Origin: Eledone cirrhosa
Lineage: Eukaryota
Assembly (NCBI GenBank): GCA_964016885.1
Contig: OZ024744.1
Coordinates: 105,090,001 to 105,154,000, forward strand
Direction of reading: 5' to 3'
Length of the DNA: 64,000 bases
Below, piece after piece: positions 10,330-25,300 of this stretch (positions are counted from its first letter, which is position 1; every line of letters starts with the position of its first letter). The notes under the pieces are model-generated. The model was not told the origin of the DNA. It did not search any database and saw only the letters and a program-made list of their open reading frames with translations. Both the position numbers and the translations under genes were made by a program.

Positions 10330-13300
10330 TGTATGCCATCTATGACTAGTCTGTGTGTACGGTTGTATGCCGTCTATGACTAGTGTGTGTCTACAGTTGT
10401 ATGCCGTCTATGACTAGTCTGTGTCTACGGTTGTATGCCGTCTATGACTAGTGTGTGTCTACGGTTGTATGCCGTCTATGACAAGTCTGTGTCTACGGTT
10501 GTATGCCGTCTATGACTAGTCTGTGTCTACAGTTGTATGCGGTCTATGACTAGTCTGTGTCTACGGTTGTATGCCGTCTATAACTAGTCTGTGTGTACGG
10601 TTGTATGCCCTCTATGACTAGTCTGTGTCTACGGTTGTATGTCGTCTGTCACTAGTCTGTGTGTACGGTTGTATGCCGTCTATGACTAGTCTGTGTCTAC
10701 GGTTGTATTCGGTCTATGACTAGTCTGTGTCTACGGTTGTATGCCGTCTATGACTAGTCTGTGTCTACGGTTGTATGCCGTCTATGACTAGTCTGTGTCT
10801 ACGGTTGTATGCCGTCTATGACTAGTCTGTGTGCACGGTTGTATGCCGTCTATGACTAGTCTGTGTCTACGGTTGTATGCCGTCTATGCCTAGTCTGTGT
10901 CTACGGTTGTATGCAGTCTATGACTAGTCTGATCCACGGTTGTATGCCGTCTATGACTAGTGTGTGTCTTCGGTTGTATGCCGTCTATGACTAGTCTGTG
11001 TCTACGGTTGTATGCCGTCTATGACTAGTCTGTGTCTACGGTTGTATGCCATTTATGACTAGTCTGTGTGTACGGTTGTATGCCGTCTATGACTAGTCTG
11101 TGTCTACGGTTGTATGTCGTCTATGAAAAGTCTGTGTCTACGGTTGTATGCCGTCTATGACTAGTCTGTGTCTACGGTTGTATGCCGTCTATGACTAGTC
11201 TGAGTCTACGGTTGTATGGCGTCTATGACTAGTCTGTGTCTACGGTTGTATGCCGTCTATGACTAGTCTGTGTCTACAGTTGTATGCCGTCTATGACTAG
11301 TCTGTGTCTACGGTTGTATGCCGTCTATGACTAGTCTGTGTCTACGGTTGTATGCCGTCTATGACTAGTATGTGTCTACGGTTGTATGCCGTCTATGACT
11401 AGTCTGTGTGTACGGTTGTATGCCGTCTATGACTAGTCTGTGTCTACTGTTGTATGCCGTCTATGACAAGTCTCTGTGTACGGTGGTATGCAGTCTATGA
11501 CTAGTCTGTGTCTACGGTTGTATGCCGTCTATGACTAGTCTGTGTGTACGGTTGTATGCCGTCTATGACTAGTCGGTGTCTACGGTTGTATTCGGTCTAT
11601 GACTAGTCTGTGTCTACGGTTGTATTCCGTCTATGACTAGTCTGTGTCTACGGTTGTATGCTGTCTATGACTAGTCTGTGTGTACGGTTGTATGCCGTAT
11701 ATGACTAGTCTGTGTGTACGGTTGTATGCCGTCTATGACTAGTCTGAGTCTACGGTTGTATGCCGTCTATGAATAGTCTGTGTGTACGGTTGTATGCCGT
11801 CTATGTCTAGTCTGTGTGTACGGTTGTATGCCGTCTATGACTAGTCTCTGTGTACGGTTGTATGCCGTCTATGACTAGTCTGTGTATACGGTTGTGTGCC
11901 GTCTATGACTAGTCTGTGTCTACGGTTGTATGCCGTCTATGACTAGTCTGTGTCTACAGTTGTATGCCGTCTATGACTAGTCTGTGTCTACGGTTGTATG
12001 CCGTCTATGACTAGTCTGTGTCTACAGTTGTATGCCGTCTCTGACTAGTCTGTGTCTACGGTTGTATGCCGTCTATGACTAGTCTGTGTCTACGGTTGTA
12101 TGCCGTCTAAGACTAGTCTGTGTCTACGGTTGTATGCCGTCTATGACTAGTCTGTGTCTACGGTTGTATGCCATCTATGACTAGTCTGTGTGTACGGTTG
12201 TATGCCGTCTATGACTTGTCTGTGTCTACAGTTGTATGTCGTCTATGACTACTCTGTGTCTACGGTTGTATGCCGTCTATGACTAGTCTGTGTCTACGGT
12301 TGTATGCCGTCTATGACCAGTATGTGTCTACGGTTGTATGCCGTCTATGACTAGTCTATGTGTACGGTTGTATGCAGTCTATGACTAGTCTGTGTCTACT
12401 GTTGTATGCCGTCTATGACTAGGCTGTGTGTACGGTTGTATGCAGTCTATGACTAGTCTGTGTCTACGGTTGTATGCCGTCTATGACTAGTCTGTGCGTA
12501 CGGTTGTATGCAGTCTATGACTAGTCTGTGTCTACGGTTGTATGGCGTCTATGACTAGTTTGTGTCTACAGTTGTATGCCATCTATGACTAGTCTGTGTG
12601 TACGGTTGTATGCAGTCTATGACTAGTCTGTGTCTACAGTTGTATGCCGTCTATGACTAGTCTGAGTCTACGGTTGTATGCAGTCTATGACTAGTCTGTG
12701 TGTACGGTTGTATGCCGTCTATGACTAGTCTGTGTCTACGGTTGTATGCCGTCTATGAGTAGTCTGTGTCTACAGTTGTATGCCGTCTATGACTAGTCTG
12801 TGTGTACGGTTGTATGCCGTCTATGACTAGTCTGTGACTACAGTTGTATGCCGTCTATGACTAGTGTGTGTCTACGGTTGTATACCGTCTATGACTAGTC
12901 TGTGTCTACGGTTGTATGCAGTCTATGACTAGTCTGTGTCTACGGTTGTATGCCGTCTATGACTAGTCTGTGTCTACGGTTGTATGCCGTCTATGACTAG
13001 TCTGTGTCTACAGTTGTATGCCGTTTATGACTAGTCTGTGTCTTCGGTTGTATGCCCTCTATGACTAGTCTGTGTCTACGGTTGTATGCCGTCTATGACT
13101 AGTCTGTGTCTACAGTTGTATGCCGTCTATGACTAGTCTGTGTCTACGGTTGTATGCCGTCTACGACTAGTCTGTGTGTACGGTTGTATGCAGTCTATGA
13201 CTAATCTGTGTCTACGGTTGTATGCCGTCTATGACTAGTCTGTGTCTACGGTTGTATGCCGTCTATGACTAGTCTGTGTCTACAGTTGTATGCCGTCTAT

Positions 13301-13670
13301 GACTAGTCTGTGTCTACGGTTGTATGCCGTCTATGACTAGTCTGTGTCTACGGTTGTATGCCGTCTATGACTAGTCTGTGTGTACGGTTGTATGCCGTCT
13401 ATGACTAGTCTGTGTCTACGGTTGTATGCCGTCTATGACAAGTCTGTTTCTACGGTTGTATGCCGTCTATGACTAGTCTGTGTCTACAGTTGTATGCGGT
13501 CTATGACTAGTCTGTGTCTACGGTTGTATGCCGTCTATAACTAGTCTGTGTGTACGGTTGTATGCCCTATATGACTAGTCTGTGTCTACGGTTGTATGCC
13601 GTCTGTGACTAGTCTGTGTGTACGGTTGTATGCCGTCTATGACTAGTCTGTGTCTACGGTTGTATTCGGT
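10330..13670. repeat. ~3.3 kb block with a distant copy at ~47370-50705 (offset 37,037 bp)
   Basis: Markers at a constant offset: TAGTGTG 10381/47418, GAAAAG 11125/48162, GACCAG 12315/49352, TTCGG 13665/50702. Confidence 0.88.
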
Positions 13671-16600
13671 CTATGACTAGTCTGTGTCTACGGTTGTATG
13701 CCGTCTATGACTAGTCTGTGTCTACGGTTGTATGCCGTCTATGACTAGTCTGTGTCTACGGTTGTATGCCTCTATGACTAGTTGTGTGCACGGTTGTATG
13801 CCGTCTATGACTAGTCTGTGTCTACGGTTGTATGCCGTCTATGCCTAGTCTGTGTCTACGGTTGTATGCAGTCTATGACTAGTCTGATCCACGGTTGTAT
13901 GCCGTCTATGACTAGTGTGTGTCTTCGGTTGTATGCCGTCTATGACTAGTCTGTGTCGACGGTTGTATGCCGTCTATGACTAGTCTGTGTCTACGGTTGT
14001 ATGCCATCTATGACTAGTCTGTGTGTACGGTTGTATGCCGTCTATGACTAGTCTGTGTCTACGGTTGTATGTCGTCTATGACTAGTCTGTGTCTTCGGTT
14101 GTATGCCGTCTATGACTAGTCTGTGTCTACGGTTGTATGCCGTCTATGACTAGTCTGAGTCTACGGTTGTATGGCGTCTATGACTAGTCTGTGTCTACGG
14201 TTGTATGCCGTCTATGACTAGTCTGTGTCTACAGTTGTATGCCGTCTATGACAAGTCTGTGTGTACGGTGGTATGCAGTCTATGACTAGTCTGTGTCTAC
14301 GGTTGTATGCCGTCTATGACTAGTCTGTGTGTACGGTTGTATGCAGTCTATGACTAGTCTGTGTCTACGGTTGTATGCCGTCTATGACTAGTCTGTGTCT
14401 ACAGTTGTATGCCATCTATGACTAGTCTGTGTGTACGGTTGTATGCAGTATATGACTAGTCTGTGTCTACAGTTGTATGCCGTCTATGACTAGCCTGAGT
14501 CTACGGTTGTATGCAGTCTATGACTAGTCTGTGTGTACGGTTGTATGCCGTCTATGACTAGTCTACGGCTGTATGCCGTCTATGACTAGTCTGTGTCTAC
14601 AGTTGTATGCCGTCTATGACTAGTCTGTGTCTACGGTTGTATGCCGTCTGTGACTAGTCTGTGTCTACAGTTGTATGCCGTCTATGACTAGTCTGTGTCT
14701 ACGGTTGTATGCCGTCTATGACTAGTCTGTGTCTACAGTTGTATGCCGTCTATGACTAGTCTGTGCCTACGTTTGTATGCCGTCTATGACTAGTCTGTGT
14801 CTACGGTTGTATGCCGTCTATGACTAGTCTGTGTCTACAGTTGTATGCCGTCTATGACTAGTCTGTGTCTTCGGTTGTATGCCGTCTATGACTAGTCTGT
14901 GTCTACGGTTGTATGCCGTCTATGAATAGTCTGTGTCTACAGTTGTATGCCGTCTATGACTAGTCTGTGTCTACGTTTGTATGCCGTCTATGACTAGTCT
15001 GTGTCTACGGTTGTATGCCGTCTATGACTAGTCTGTGTCTTCGGTTGTATGCCGTCTATGACTAATCTGTGTCTACGGTTGTATGCAGTCTATGACTAGT
15101 CTGTGTGTACGGTTGTATGCCGTCTATGACTAGTCTGTGTCTACGGTTGTATGCCGTCTATCACTAGTCTGTGTCTACAGTTGTATGCCGTTTATGACTA
15201 GTCTGTGTGTACGGTTATATGCCGTCTATGACTAGACTGTGTCTACAGTTGTATGCCGTCTATGACTAGTCTGTGTCTACAGTTGTATGCCGTCTATGAC
15301 TAGTCTGTGTCTACAGTTGTATACCGTCTATGACTTGTCTATGTCTACAGTTGTATGCCGTCTATGACTAGTCTGTGTCTACGGTTGTATGCCGTCTATG
15401 ACTAGTCTGTGTCTACGGTTGTATGCCGTCAATGACTAGAGTGTGTCTACAGTTGTATGCCATCTATGACTAGTCTGTGTCTACTGCTGTATGCAGTCTA
15501 TGACTAGTCTGTGTCTACGGTTGTATGCAGGCTATGACTAGTCATTGTCTACGGTTGTATGCAGGTTATGACTAGTCTGTGTCTACGGTTGTATGCCGTC
15601 TATGACTAGTCTGTGTGTACGGTTGTATGCCGTCTATGACTAGTCTGTGAGTACGGTTGTATGCCGTCTATGACTAGTCTGTGTGTACGGTTGTATGCCG
15701 TCTATGACTAGTCTGTGTGTACGGTTGTATTCCGTCTATGACTAGTCTGTGTCTACGGTTTATGCCGTCTATGACTAGTCTGTGTATACGGTTGTATGCC
15801 ATCTATGACTAGTCTGTGTGTACGGTTGTATGCCGTCTATGACTAGTCTGTGTCTACGGTTGTATGCCGTCTATGACTAGTCTGTGTCTACGGTTGTATG
15901 CCGTCTATGACTAGAATGTGTCTACGGCTGTATGCCATCTATGACTAGTCTGTGTGTAATGTTGTATGCCGTCTATGACTAGTCTGTGTCTACGCTTGTA
16001 TGCCGTCTATGACTAGTCTGTGTGTACGGTTGTATGCCGTCTATGACTAGTCTGTGTCTACGGTTGTATGCCGTCTATGACTAGTCTGTGTCTACGGTTG
16101 TATGCCCTCTTTGACTAGTCTGTGTCTACGGTTGTATGCCGTCTATGACTAGTCTGTGTCTACTGTTGTATGCAGTCTATGACTAGTCTGTGTCTACGGT
16201 TGTATGCCGTCTATGACTAGTCTGTGTCTACGGTTGTATGCTGTCTATGACTAGTCTGTGTCTACGGTTGTATGCCGTCTATGACTAGTCTGTGTCTACG
16301 GTTGTATGCCGTCTATGACTAGTCTGTGTCTACGGTTGTATGCCGTCTATGACTAGTCTGAGTCTACGGTTGTATGCAGTCTATGACTAGTCTGTGTCTA
16401 CGGTTGTATGCCGTCTATGACTAGTCTGTGTCTACGGTTGTATGCCGTCTATGACTAGTGTGTGTCTACAGTTGTATGCCGTCTATGACTAGTCTGTGTC
16501 TACAGTTGTATGCCGTCTATGACTAGTCTGTGTCTACGGTTGTATGCCGTCTATGACTAGTCTGTGTGTACGGTTTTATGCCGTCTATGACTAGTCTGTG

Positions 16601-19399
16601 TCTACGGTTGTATGCCGTCTATGACTAGTCTGTGTGTACGGTTGTATGCAGTCTATGACTAGTCTGTGTCTACTGTTGTATGACGTCTGTGACTAGTCTG
16701 TGTGTACGGTTGTATGCAGTCTATGGCTAGTCTGTGTCTACGGTTGTATGCCGTCTATGGCTAGTCTGTGTGTACGGTTGTATGCCGTCTATGACTAGTC
16801 TGTGTCTACAGTTGTATGCCGTCTATGACTAGTCTGTGTCTACAGTTGTATGCCGTCTATGACTAGTCTGTGTGTACGGTTGTATGCCGTCTATCACTAG
16901 TCTGTGTCTACAGTTGTATGCCGTCTATGACTAGTTTGTGTCTACGGTTGTATACCGTCTATGACTAGTCTGTGTCTACGGTTGTTTGCAGTCTATGACT
17001 AGTCTGTGTCTACGGTTGTATGCCGTCTATGACTAGTCTGTGTCTACGGTTGTATGCCGTCTATGACTAGTCAGTGTCTACAGTTGTATGCCGTCTATGA
17101 CTAGTCTGTGTCTTCGGTTGTATGCCGTCTATGACTAGTCTGTCTACGGTTGTATGCCGTCTATGACTAGTCTGTGTCTACAGTTGTATGCCGTCTATGA
17201 CTAGTCTGTGTCTACGGTTGTATGCCGTCTATGACTATTCTGTGTCTATGGTTGAATGCCGTCTATGACTAGTCTGTGTCTTCGGTTGTATCCCGTCTAT
17301 GACTAGTCTGTGTCTACGGTTGTATGCCGTCTATGACTAGTCTGTGTCTACGGTTGTATGCCGTCTATGACTAGTCTGTGTCTATGGTTGTATGCCATCT
17401 ATGACTAGTCTGTATCTACAGTTGTATGCCGTCTATGACTAGTCTGTGTCTACGGTTGTATGCCGTCTATGACTAGTCTGTGTGTACGGTTGTATGCCGT
17501 CTATGACTAGTCTGTGTGTACGGTTGTATGCCGTCTATGACTAGTCTGTGTCTACGGTTGTATGCCATCTATGCCTAGTATGTGTGTACGGTTGTATGCC
17601 GTCTATGACTAGTCTGTGTCTACGGTTGTATGCCGTCTATGACTAGTCTGTGTCTACGGTTGTATGCCGTCTATGACTAGTCTGTGTCTACAGTTGTATG
17701 CCGTCTATGACTAGTCTGTGTCTACGGTTGTATGCCGTCTATGACTAGTCTGATCCACGGTTGTATGCCGTCTATGACTAGACTGTGTCTTCGGTTGTAT
17801 GCCGTCTATGACTAGTCTGTGTCTACGGTTGTATGCCGTCTATGACTAGTCTGTGTCTAGAGTTGTATGCCGTCTATGACTAGTCTGTGTCTACGGTTGT
17901 ATGCCGTCTATGACTATTCTGTGTCTATGGCTGTATGCCGTCTATGACTAGTCTGTGTCTACGGTTGTACGCCGTCTATGACTAGTCTGATCCACGGTTG
18001 TATGCCGTCTATGACTAGTCTGATCCACGGTTGTATGCCGTCTATGACTAGTCTGTGTCTTCAGTTGTATGCCGTTTATGACTAGTCTGTGTCTACGGTT
18101 GTATGCCGTCTATGACTAGTCTGTGTCTACAGTTGTATGCCGTCTATGACTAGTCGGTGTGTACGGTTGTATGCCGTCTATGACTAGTCTGTGTCTACGG
18201 TTGAATGCCGTCTATGACTAGTCTGTGTCTACAGTTGTATGCCGTCTATGACTAGTCTGTGCCTACGGTTGTATGCCGTCTATGACTAGTCTGTGTGTAC
18301 GGTTGTATGCCGTCTATGACTAGTCTGTGTCTACGGTTGTATGCCATCTATGAGTAGTCTGTGTGTACGGTTGTATGCCGTCTATGACTAGTCTGTGTCT
18401 ACGGTTGTATGCCGTCTATGACTAGTATGTGTCTACGGTTGTATGCCGTCTATGACTAGTCTGTGTCTACAGTTGTATGCCGTCTATGACTAGTCTGTTT
18501 CTACGGTTGTATGCCGTCTATGACTAGTCTGTGTGTACGGTTGTATGCCGTCTATGACTAGTCTGTGTCTACAGTTGTATGCCGTCTATGACTAGTCTGT
18601 GTCTACGGTTGTATGCCGTCTATGACTAGTCTGTGTCTACGGTTGTATGCCGTCTATGACTAGTCTGTGTCTACGGTTGTATGCTGTCTATGACTAGTCT
18701 GTGTCTACTGCTGTATGCAGTCTATGACTAGTCTGTGTCTACGGTTGTATGCAGGCTATGACTAGTCATTGTCTACGGTTGTATGCCGTCTATGACTAGT
18801 CTGTGTCTACGGTTGTATGCAGGCCATGACTAGTCTGTGTCTACGGTTGTATGCTGTCTATGACTAGTCTGTGTCTACTGCTGTATGCAGTCTATGACTA
18901 GTCTGTGTCTACGGTTGTATGCAGGCTATGACTAGTCATTGTCTACGGTTGTATGCCGTCTATGACTAGTCTGTGTGTACGGTTGTATGCCGTCTATGAA
19001 TAGTCTGTGTCTACGGTTGTATGCCGTCTATGACTAGTCTGTGTGTACGGTTGTATGCCGTGTATGACTAGTCTGTGTCTACGGTTGTATGCCGTCTATG
19101 ACTAGTCTGTGTCTACAGTTGTATGCGGTCTATGACTAGTCTGTGTCTACGGTTGTATGCCGTCTATAACTAGTCTGTGTGTACGGTTGTATGCCCTCTA
19201 TGACTAGTCTGTGTCTACGGTTGTATGCCGTCTGTGACTAGTCTGTGTGTACGGTTGTATGCCGTCTATGACTAGTCTGTGTCTACGGTTGTATTCGGTC
19301 TATGACTAGTCGGTGTCTACGGTTGTATGCCGTCTATGACTAGTCTGTGTCTACGGTTGTATGCCGTCTATGACTAGTCGGTGTCTACGGTTGTATGCC

Positions 19400-22300
19400 G
19401 TCTATGACTAGTCTGTGTGCACGGTTGTATGCCGTCTATGACTAGTCTGTGTCTACGTTTGTATGCCGTCTATGCCTAGTCTGTGTCTACGGTTGTATGC
19501 AGTCTATGACTAGTCTGATCCACGGTTGTATGCCGTCTATGACTAGTGTGTGTCTTCGGTTGTATGCCGTCTATGACTAGTCTCTGTCTACGGTTGTATG
19601 CCGTCTATGACTAGTCTGTGTCTACGGTTGTATGCCATCTATGACTAGTCTGTGTGTACGGTTGTATGCCGTCTATGACTAGTCTGTGTCTACGGTTGTA
19701 TGCCGTCTATGACTAGTCTGTGTCTACGGTTGTATGCCGTCTATGACTAGTCTGAGTCTACGGTTGTATGGCGTCTATGACTAGTCTGTGTGTACGGTTG
19801 TATGCCGTCTATGACTAGTCTGTGTCTACAGTTGTATGCCGTCTATGACTAGTCTGTGTCTACGGTTGTATGCCGTCTATGACTAGTCTGTGTCTACGGT
19901 TGTATGCCGTCTATGACTAGTATGTGTCTACGGTTGTATGCCGTCTATGACTAGTCTGTGTGTACGGTTGTATGCAGTCTATGACTAGTCTGTGTCTACT
20001 GTTGTATGCCGTCTATGACAAGTCTGTGTGTACAGTGGTATGCAGTCTATGACTAGTCTGTGTCTACGGTTGTATGCCGTCTATGACTAGCCTGTGTGTA
20101 CGGTTGTATGCAGTCTATAACTAGTCTGTGTCTACGGTTGTATGCCGTCTATGACTAGTCTGTGTCTACAGTTGTATGCCATCTATGACTAGTCTGTATG
20201 TACGGTTGTATGCAGTATATGACTAGTCTGTGTCTACAGTTGTATGCCGTCTATGACTAGCATGAGTCTACGGTTGTATGCAGTCTATGACTAGTCTGTG
20301 TGTACGGTTGTATGCCGTCTATGACTAGTCTACGGCTGTATGCCGTCTATGACTAGTCTGTGTCTACAGTTGTATGCCGTCTATGACTAGTCTGTGTCTA
20401 CGGTTGTATGCCGTCTATGACTAGTCTGTGTCTACAGTTGTATGCCGTCTATGACTAGTTTGTGTCTACGGTTGTATACGGTCTATGACTAGTCTGTGTC
20501 TACGGTTGTATGCAGTCTATGACTAGTCTGTGTCTACGGTTGTATGCCGTCTATGACTAGTCTGTGTCTACGGTTGTATGCCGTCTATGACTAGTCTGTG
20601 TCTACAGTTGTATGCCGTCTATGACTAGTCTGTGTGTACGGTGGTATGCAGTCTATGACTAGTCTGTGTCTACGGTTGTATGCCGTCTATGACTAGTCTG
20701 TGTGTACGGTTGTATGCAGTCTATGACTAGTCTGTGTCTACAGTTGTATGCCATCTATGACTAGTCTGTGTGTACGGTTGTATGCAGTATATGACTAGTC
20801 TGTGTCTACAGTTGTATGCCGTCTATGACTAGCCTGAGTCTACGGTTGTATGCAGTCTATGACTAGTCTGTGTGTACGGTTGTATGCCGTCTATGACTAG
20901 TCTACGGCTGTGTGCCGTCTATGACTAGTCTGTGTCTACGGTTGTATGCCGTCTATGACTAGTCTGTGTCTACAGTTGTATGGCATCTATGACTAGTCTG
21001 TGTCTTCGGTTGTATGCCGTCTATGACTAGTCTGTGTCTACGGTTGTATGCCGTCTATGACTAGTCTGTGTCTACGGTTGTATGCAGTCTATGACTAGTC
21101 TGTGTCTACGGTTGTATGCCGTCTATGACTAGTCTGTGTCTACGGTTGTATGCCGTCTATGACTAGTCTGTGTCTACAGTTGTATGCCGTCTATGACTAG
21201 TCTGTGTCTTCGGTTGTATGCCGTCTATGAATAGTCTGTGTCTACGGTTGTATGCCGTCTATGACTAGTCTGTGTCTACGTTTGTATGCCGTCTATGACT
21301 AGTCTGTGTCTACGGTTGTATGCCGTCTGTGACTAGTCTGTGTCTACGGTTGTATGCCGTCTATGACTAATCTGTGTCTACGGTTGTATGCCATATATGA
21401 CTAGTCTGTGTGTACGGTTGTATGCCGTCTATGACTAGTCTGTGTCTACGGTTGTATGCCGTCTATGACTAGTCTGTGTCTACAGTTGTATGCCGTTTAT
21501 GACTAGTCTGTGTGTACGGTTATATGCCGTCTATGACTAGTCTGTGTCTACAGTCGTATGCCGTCTATGACTGGTCTGTGTCTACAGTTGTATGCCGTCT
21601 ATGACTAGTCTGTGTCTACAGTTGTATACCGTCTATGACTTGTCTATGTCTACAGTTGTATGCCGTCTATGACTAGTCTGTGTCTACGGTTGTATGCCGT
21701 CTATGACTAGTCTGTGTCTACGGTTGTATGCCGTCAATGACTAGACTGTGTCTACAGTTGTATGCCATCTATGACTAGTCTGTGTCTACTGCTGTATGCA
21801 GTCTATGACTAGTCTGTGTCTACGGTTGTATGCAGGCTATGACTAGTCATTGTCTACGGTTGTATGCAGGTTATGACTAGTCTGTGTCTACGGTTGTATG
21901 CCGTCTATGACTAGTTTGTGTCTACAGTTGTATGCCGTCTATGACTAGTCTGTGTCTTCGGTTGTATGCCGTCTGTGACTAGTCTGTGTGTACGGTTGTA
22001 TTCCGTCTATGACTAGTCTGTGTCTACGGTTTATGCCGTCTATGACTAGTCTGTGTCTACGGTTGTAAGCCATCTATGACTAGTCTGTGTGTACGGTTGT
22101 ATGCCGTCTATGACTAGTCTGTGTCTACGGTTGTATGCCGTCTATGACTAGTCTGTGTCTACGGTTGTATGCCGTCTATGACTAGTCTGTGTCTACGGTT
22201 GTATGCCATCTATGACTAGAATGTGTCTACGGCTGTATGCCATCTATGACTAGTCTGTGTGTAATGTTTTATGCCGTCTATGACTAGTCTGTGTCTACGC

Positions 22301-25300
22301 TTGTATGCCGTCTATGACTAGTCTGTGTGTACGGTTGTATGCCGTCTATGACTAGTCTGATCCACGGTTGTATGCCGTCTATGACTAGTCTGTGTCTTCG
22401 GTTGTATGCCGTCTATGACTAGTCTGTGTCTACGGTTGTATGCCGTCTATGACTAGTCTGTGTCTACAGTTGTATGCCGTCTATGACTAGTCTGTGTCTA
22501 CGGTTGTATGCCGTCTATGACTATTCTGTGTCTATGGCTGTATGCCGTCTATGACTAGTCTGTGTCTACGGTTGTATGCCGTCTATGACTAGTCTGATCC
22601 ACGGTTGTATGCCGTCTATGACTAGTCTGATCCACGGTTGTATGCCGTCTATGACTAGTCTGTGTCTTCAGTTGTATGCCGTTTATGACTAGTCTGTGTC
22701 TACGGTTGTATGCCGTCTATGACTAGTCTGTGTCTACGGTTGTATGCCGTCTATGACTAGTCGGTGTGTACGGTTGTATGCCGTCTATGACTAGTCTGTG
22801 TCTACGGTTGTATGCCGTCTATGACTAGTCTGTGTCTACAGTTGTATGCCGTCTATGACTAGTCTGTGCCTACGGTTGTATGCCGTCTATGACTAGTCTG
22901 TGTCTACAGTTGTATGCCGTCTATGACTAGTCTGTGTCTATGGTTGTATGCCATCTATGACTAGTCTGTGTCTACAGTTGTATGCCGTCTATGACTAGTC
23001 TGTGTCTACTGTTGTATGCCGTCTATGACTAGTCTGTGTGTACGGTTGTATGCCGTCTATGACTAGTCTGTGTGTACGGTTGTATGCCGTCTATGACTAG
23101 TCTGTGTCTACGGTTGTATGCCGTCTATGACTAGTCTGTGTCTACGGTTGTATGCCGTCTATGAATAGTCTGTGTCTACTGTTGTATGCCGTCTATGACT
23201 AGTCTGTGTCTACGGTTGTATGCCGTCTATGACTAGTCTGTGTCTACGGTTGTATGCCGTCTATGACTAGTCTGTGTCTACGGTTGTATGCCGTCTATGA
23301 CTAGTCTGTGTCTACGGTTGTATGCCGTCTATGACTAGTCTGTGTCTACGGTTGTATGCCGTCTATGACTAGTCTGTGTCTACAGTTGTATGCCGTCTAT
23401 GACTAGTCTGTGTCTACGGTTGTATGCCGTCTATGACTAGTCTGTGTGCACGGTTGTATGCCGTCTATGACTAGTCTGTGTCTACGTTTGTATGCCGTCT
23501 ATGCCTAGACTGTGTCTACGGTTGTATGCAGTCTATGACTAGTCTGATCCACGGTTGTATGCCGTCTATGACTAGTGTGTGTCTTCGGTTGTATGCCGTC
23601 TATGACTAGTCTCTATCTACGGTTGTATGCCGTCTATGACTAGTCTGTGTCTACGGTTGTATGCCATCTATGACTAGTCTGTGTGTACGGTTGTATGCCG
23701 TCTATGACTAGTCTGTGTCTACGGTTGTATGCCGTCTATGACTAGTCTGTGTCTACGGTTGTATGCCGTCTATGACTAGTCTGAGTCTACGGTTGTATGG
23801 CGTCTATGACTAGTCTGTGTGTACGGTTGTATGCCGTCTATGACTAGTCTGTGTCTACAGTTGTATGCCGTCTATGACTAGTCTGTGTCTACGGTTGTAT
23901 GCCGTCTATGACTAGTCTGTGTCTACGGTTGTATGCCGTCTATGACTAGTATGTGTCTACTGTTGTATGCCGTCTATGACTAGTCTGTGTGTACGGTTGT
24001 ATGCAGTCTATGACTAGTCTGTGTCTACTGTTGTATGCCGTCTATGACAAGTCTGTGTGTACAGTGGTATGCAGTCTATGACTAGTCTGTGTCTACGGTT
24101 GTATGCCGTCTATGACTAGCCTGTGTGTACGGTTGTATGCAGTCTATGACTAGTCTGTGTCTACGGTTGTATGCCGTCTATGACTAGTCTGTGTCTACAG
24201 TTGTATGCCATCTATGACTAGTCAGTGTGTACGGTTGTATGCAGTATATGACTAGTCTGTGCCTACAGTTGTATGCCGTCTATGACTAGCATGAGTCTAC
24301 GGTTGTATGCAGTCTATGACTAGTCTGTGTGTACGGTTGTATGCCGTCTATGACTAGTCTACGGCTGTATGCCGTCTATGACTAGTCTGTGTCTACAGTT
24401 GTATGCCGTCTATGACTAGTCTGTGTCTACGGTTGTATGCCGTCTATGACTAGTCTGTGTCTACAGTTGTATGCCGTCTATGACTAGTTTGTGTCTACGG
24501 TTGTATACGGTCTATGACTAGTCTGTGTCTACGGTTGTATGCAGTCTATGACTAGTCTGTGTCTACGGTTGTATGCCGTCTATGACTAGTCTGTGTCTAC
24601 GGTTGTATGCCGTCTATGACTAGTCTGTGTCTACAGTTGTATGCCGTCTATGACTAGTCTGTGTGTACGGTGGTATGCAGTCTATGACTAGTCTGTGTCT
24701 ACGGTTGTATGCCGTCTATGACTAGTCTGTGTGTACGGTTGTATGCAGTCTATGACTAGTCTGTGTCTACGGTTGTATGCCGTCTATGACTAGTCTGTGT
24801 CTACAGTTGTATGCCATCTATGACTAGTCTGTGTGTACGGTTGTATGCAGTATATGACTAGTCTGTGTCTACAGTTGTATGCCGTCTATGACTAGCCTGA
24901 GTCTACGGTTGTATGCAGTCTATGACTAGTCTGTGTGTACGGTTGTATGCCGTCTATGACTAGTCTACGGCTGTGTGCCGTCTATGACTAGTCTGTGTCT
25001 ACGGTTGTATGCCGTCTATGACTAGTCTGTGTCTACAGTTGTATGGCGTCTCTGACTACTCTGTGTCTTCGGTTGTATGCCGTCTATGACTAGTCTGTGT
25101 CTACGGTTGTATGCCGTCTATGACTAGTCTGTGTCTACGGTTGTATGCAGTCTATGACTAGTCTGTGTCTACGGTTGTATGCCGTCTATGACTAGTCTGT
25201 GTCTACGGTTGTATGCCGTCTATGACTAGTCTGTGTCTACAGTTGTATGCCGTCTATGACTAGTCTGTGTCTTCGGTTGTATGCCGTCTATGACTAGTCT

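Noticed and set aside
13780-13795. Two nearby single-base deletions (GCCTCTATG, TAGTTGTG), plus ATGCGTC near 40541
   Set aside because: Singletons absent from paralogous blocks. They cannot be distinguished from consensus or sequencing errors without reads.
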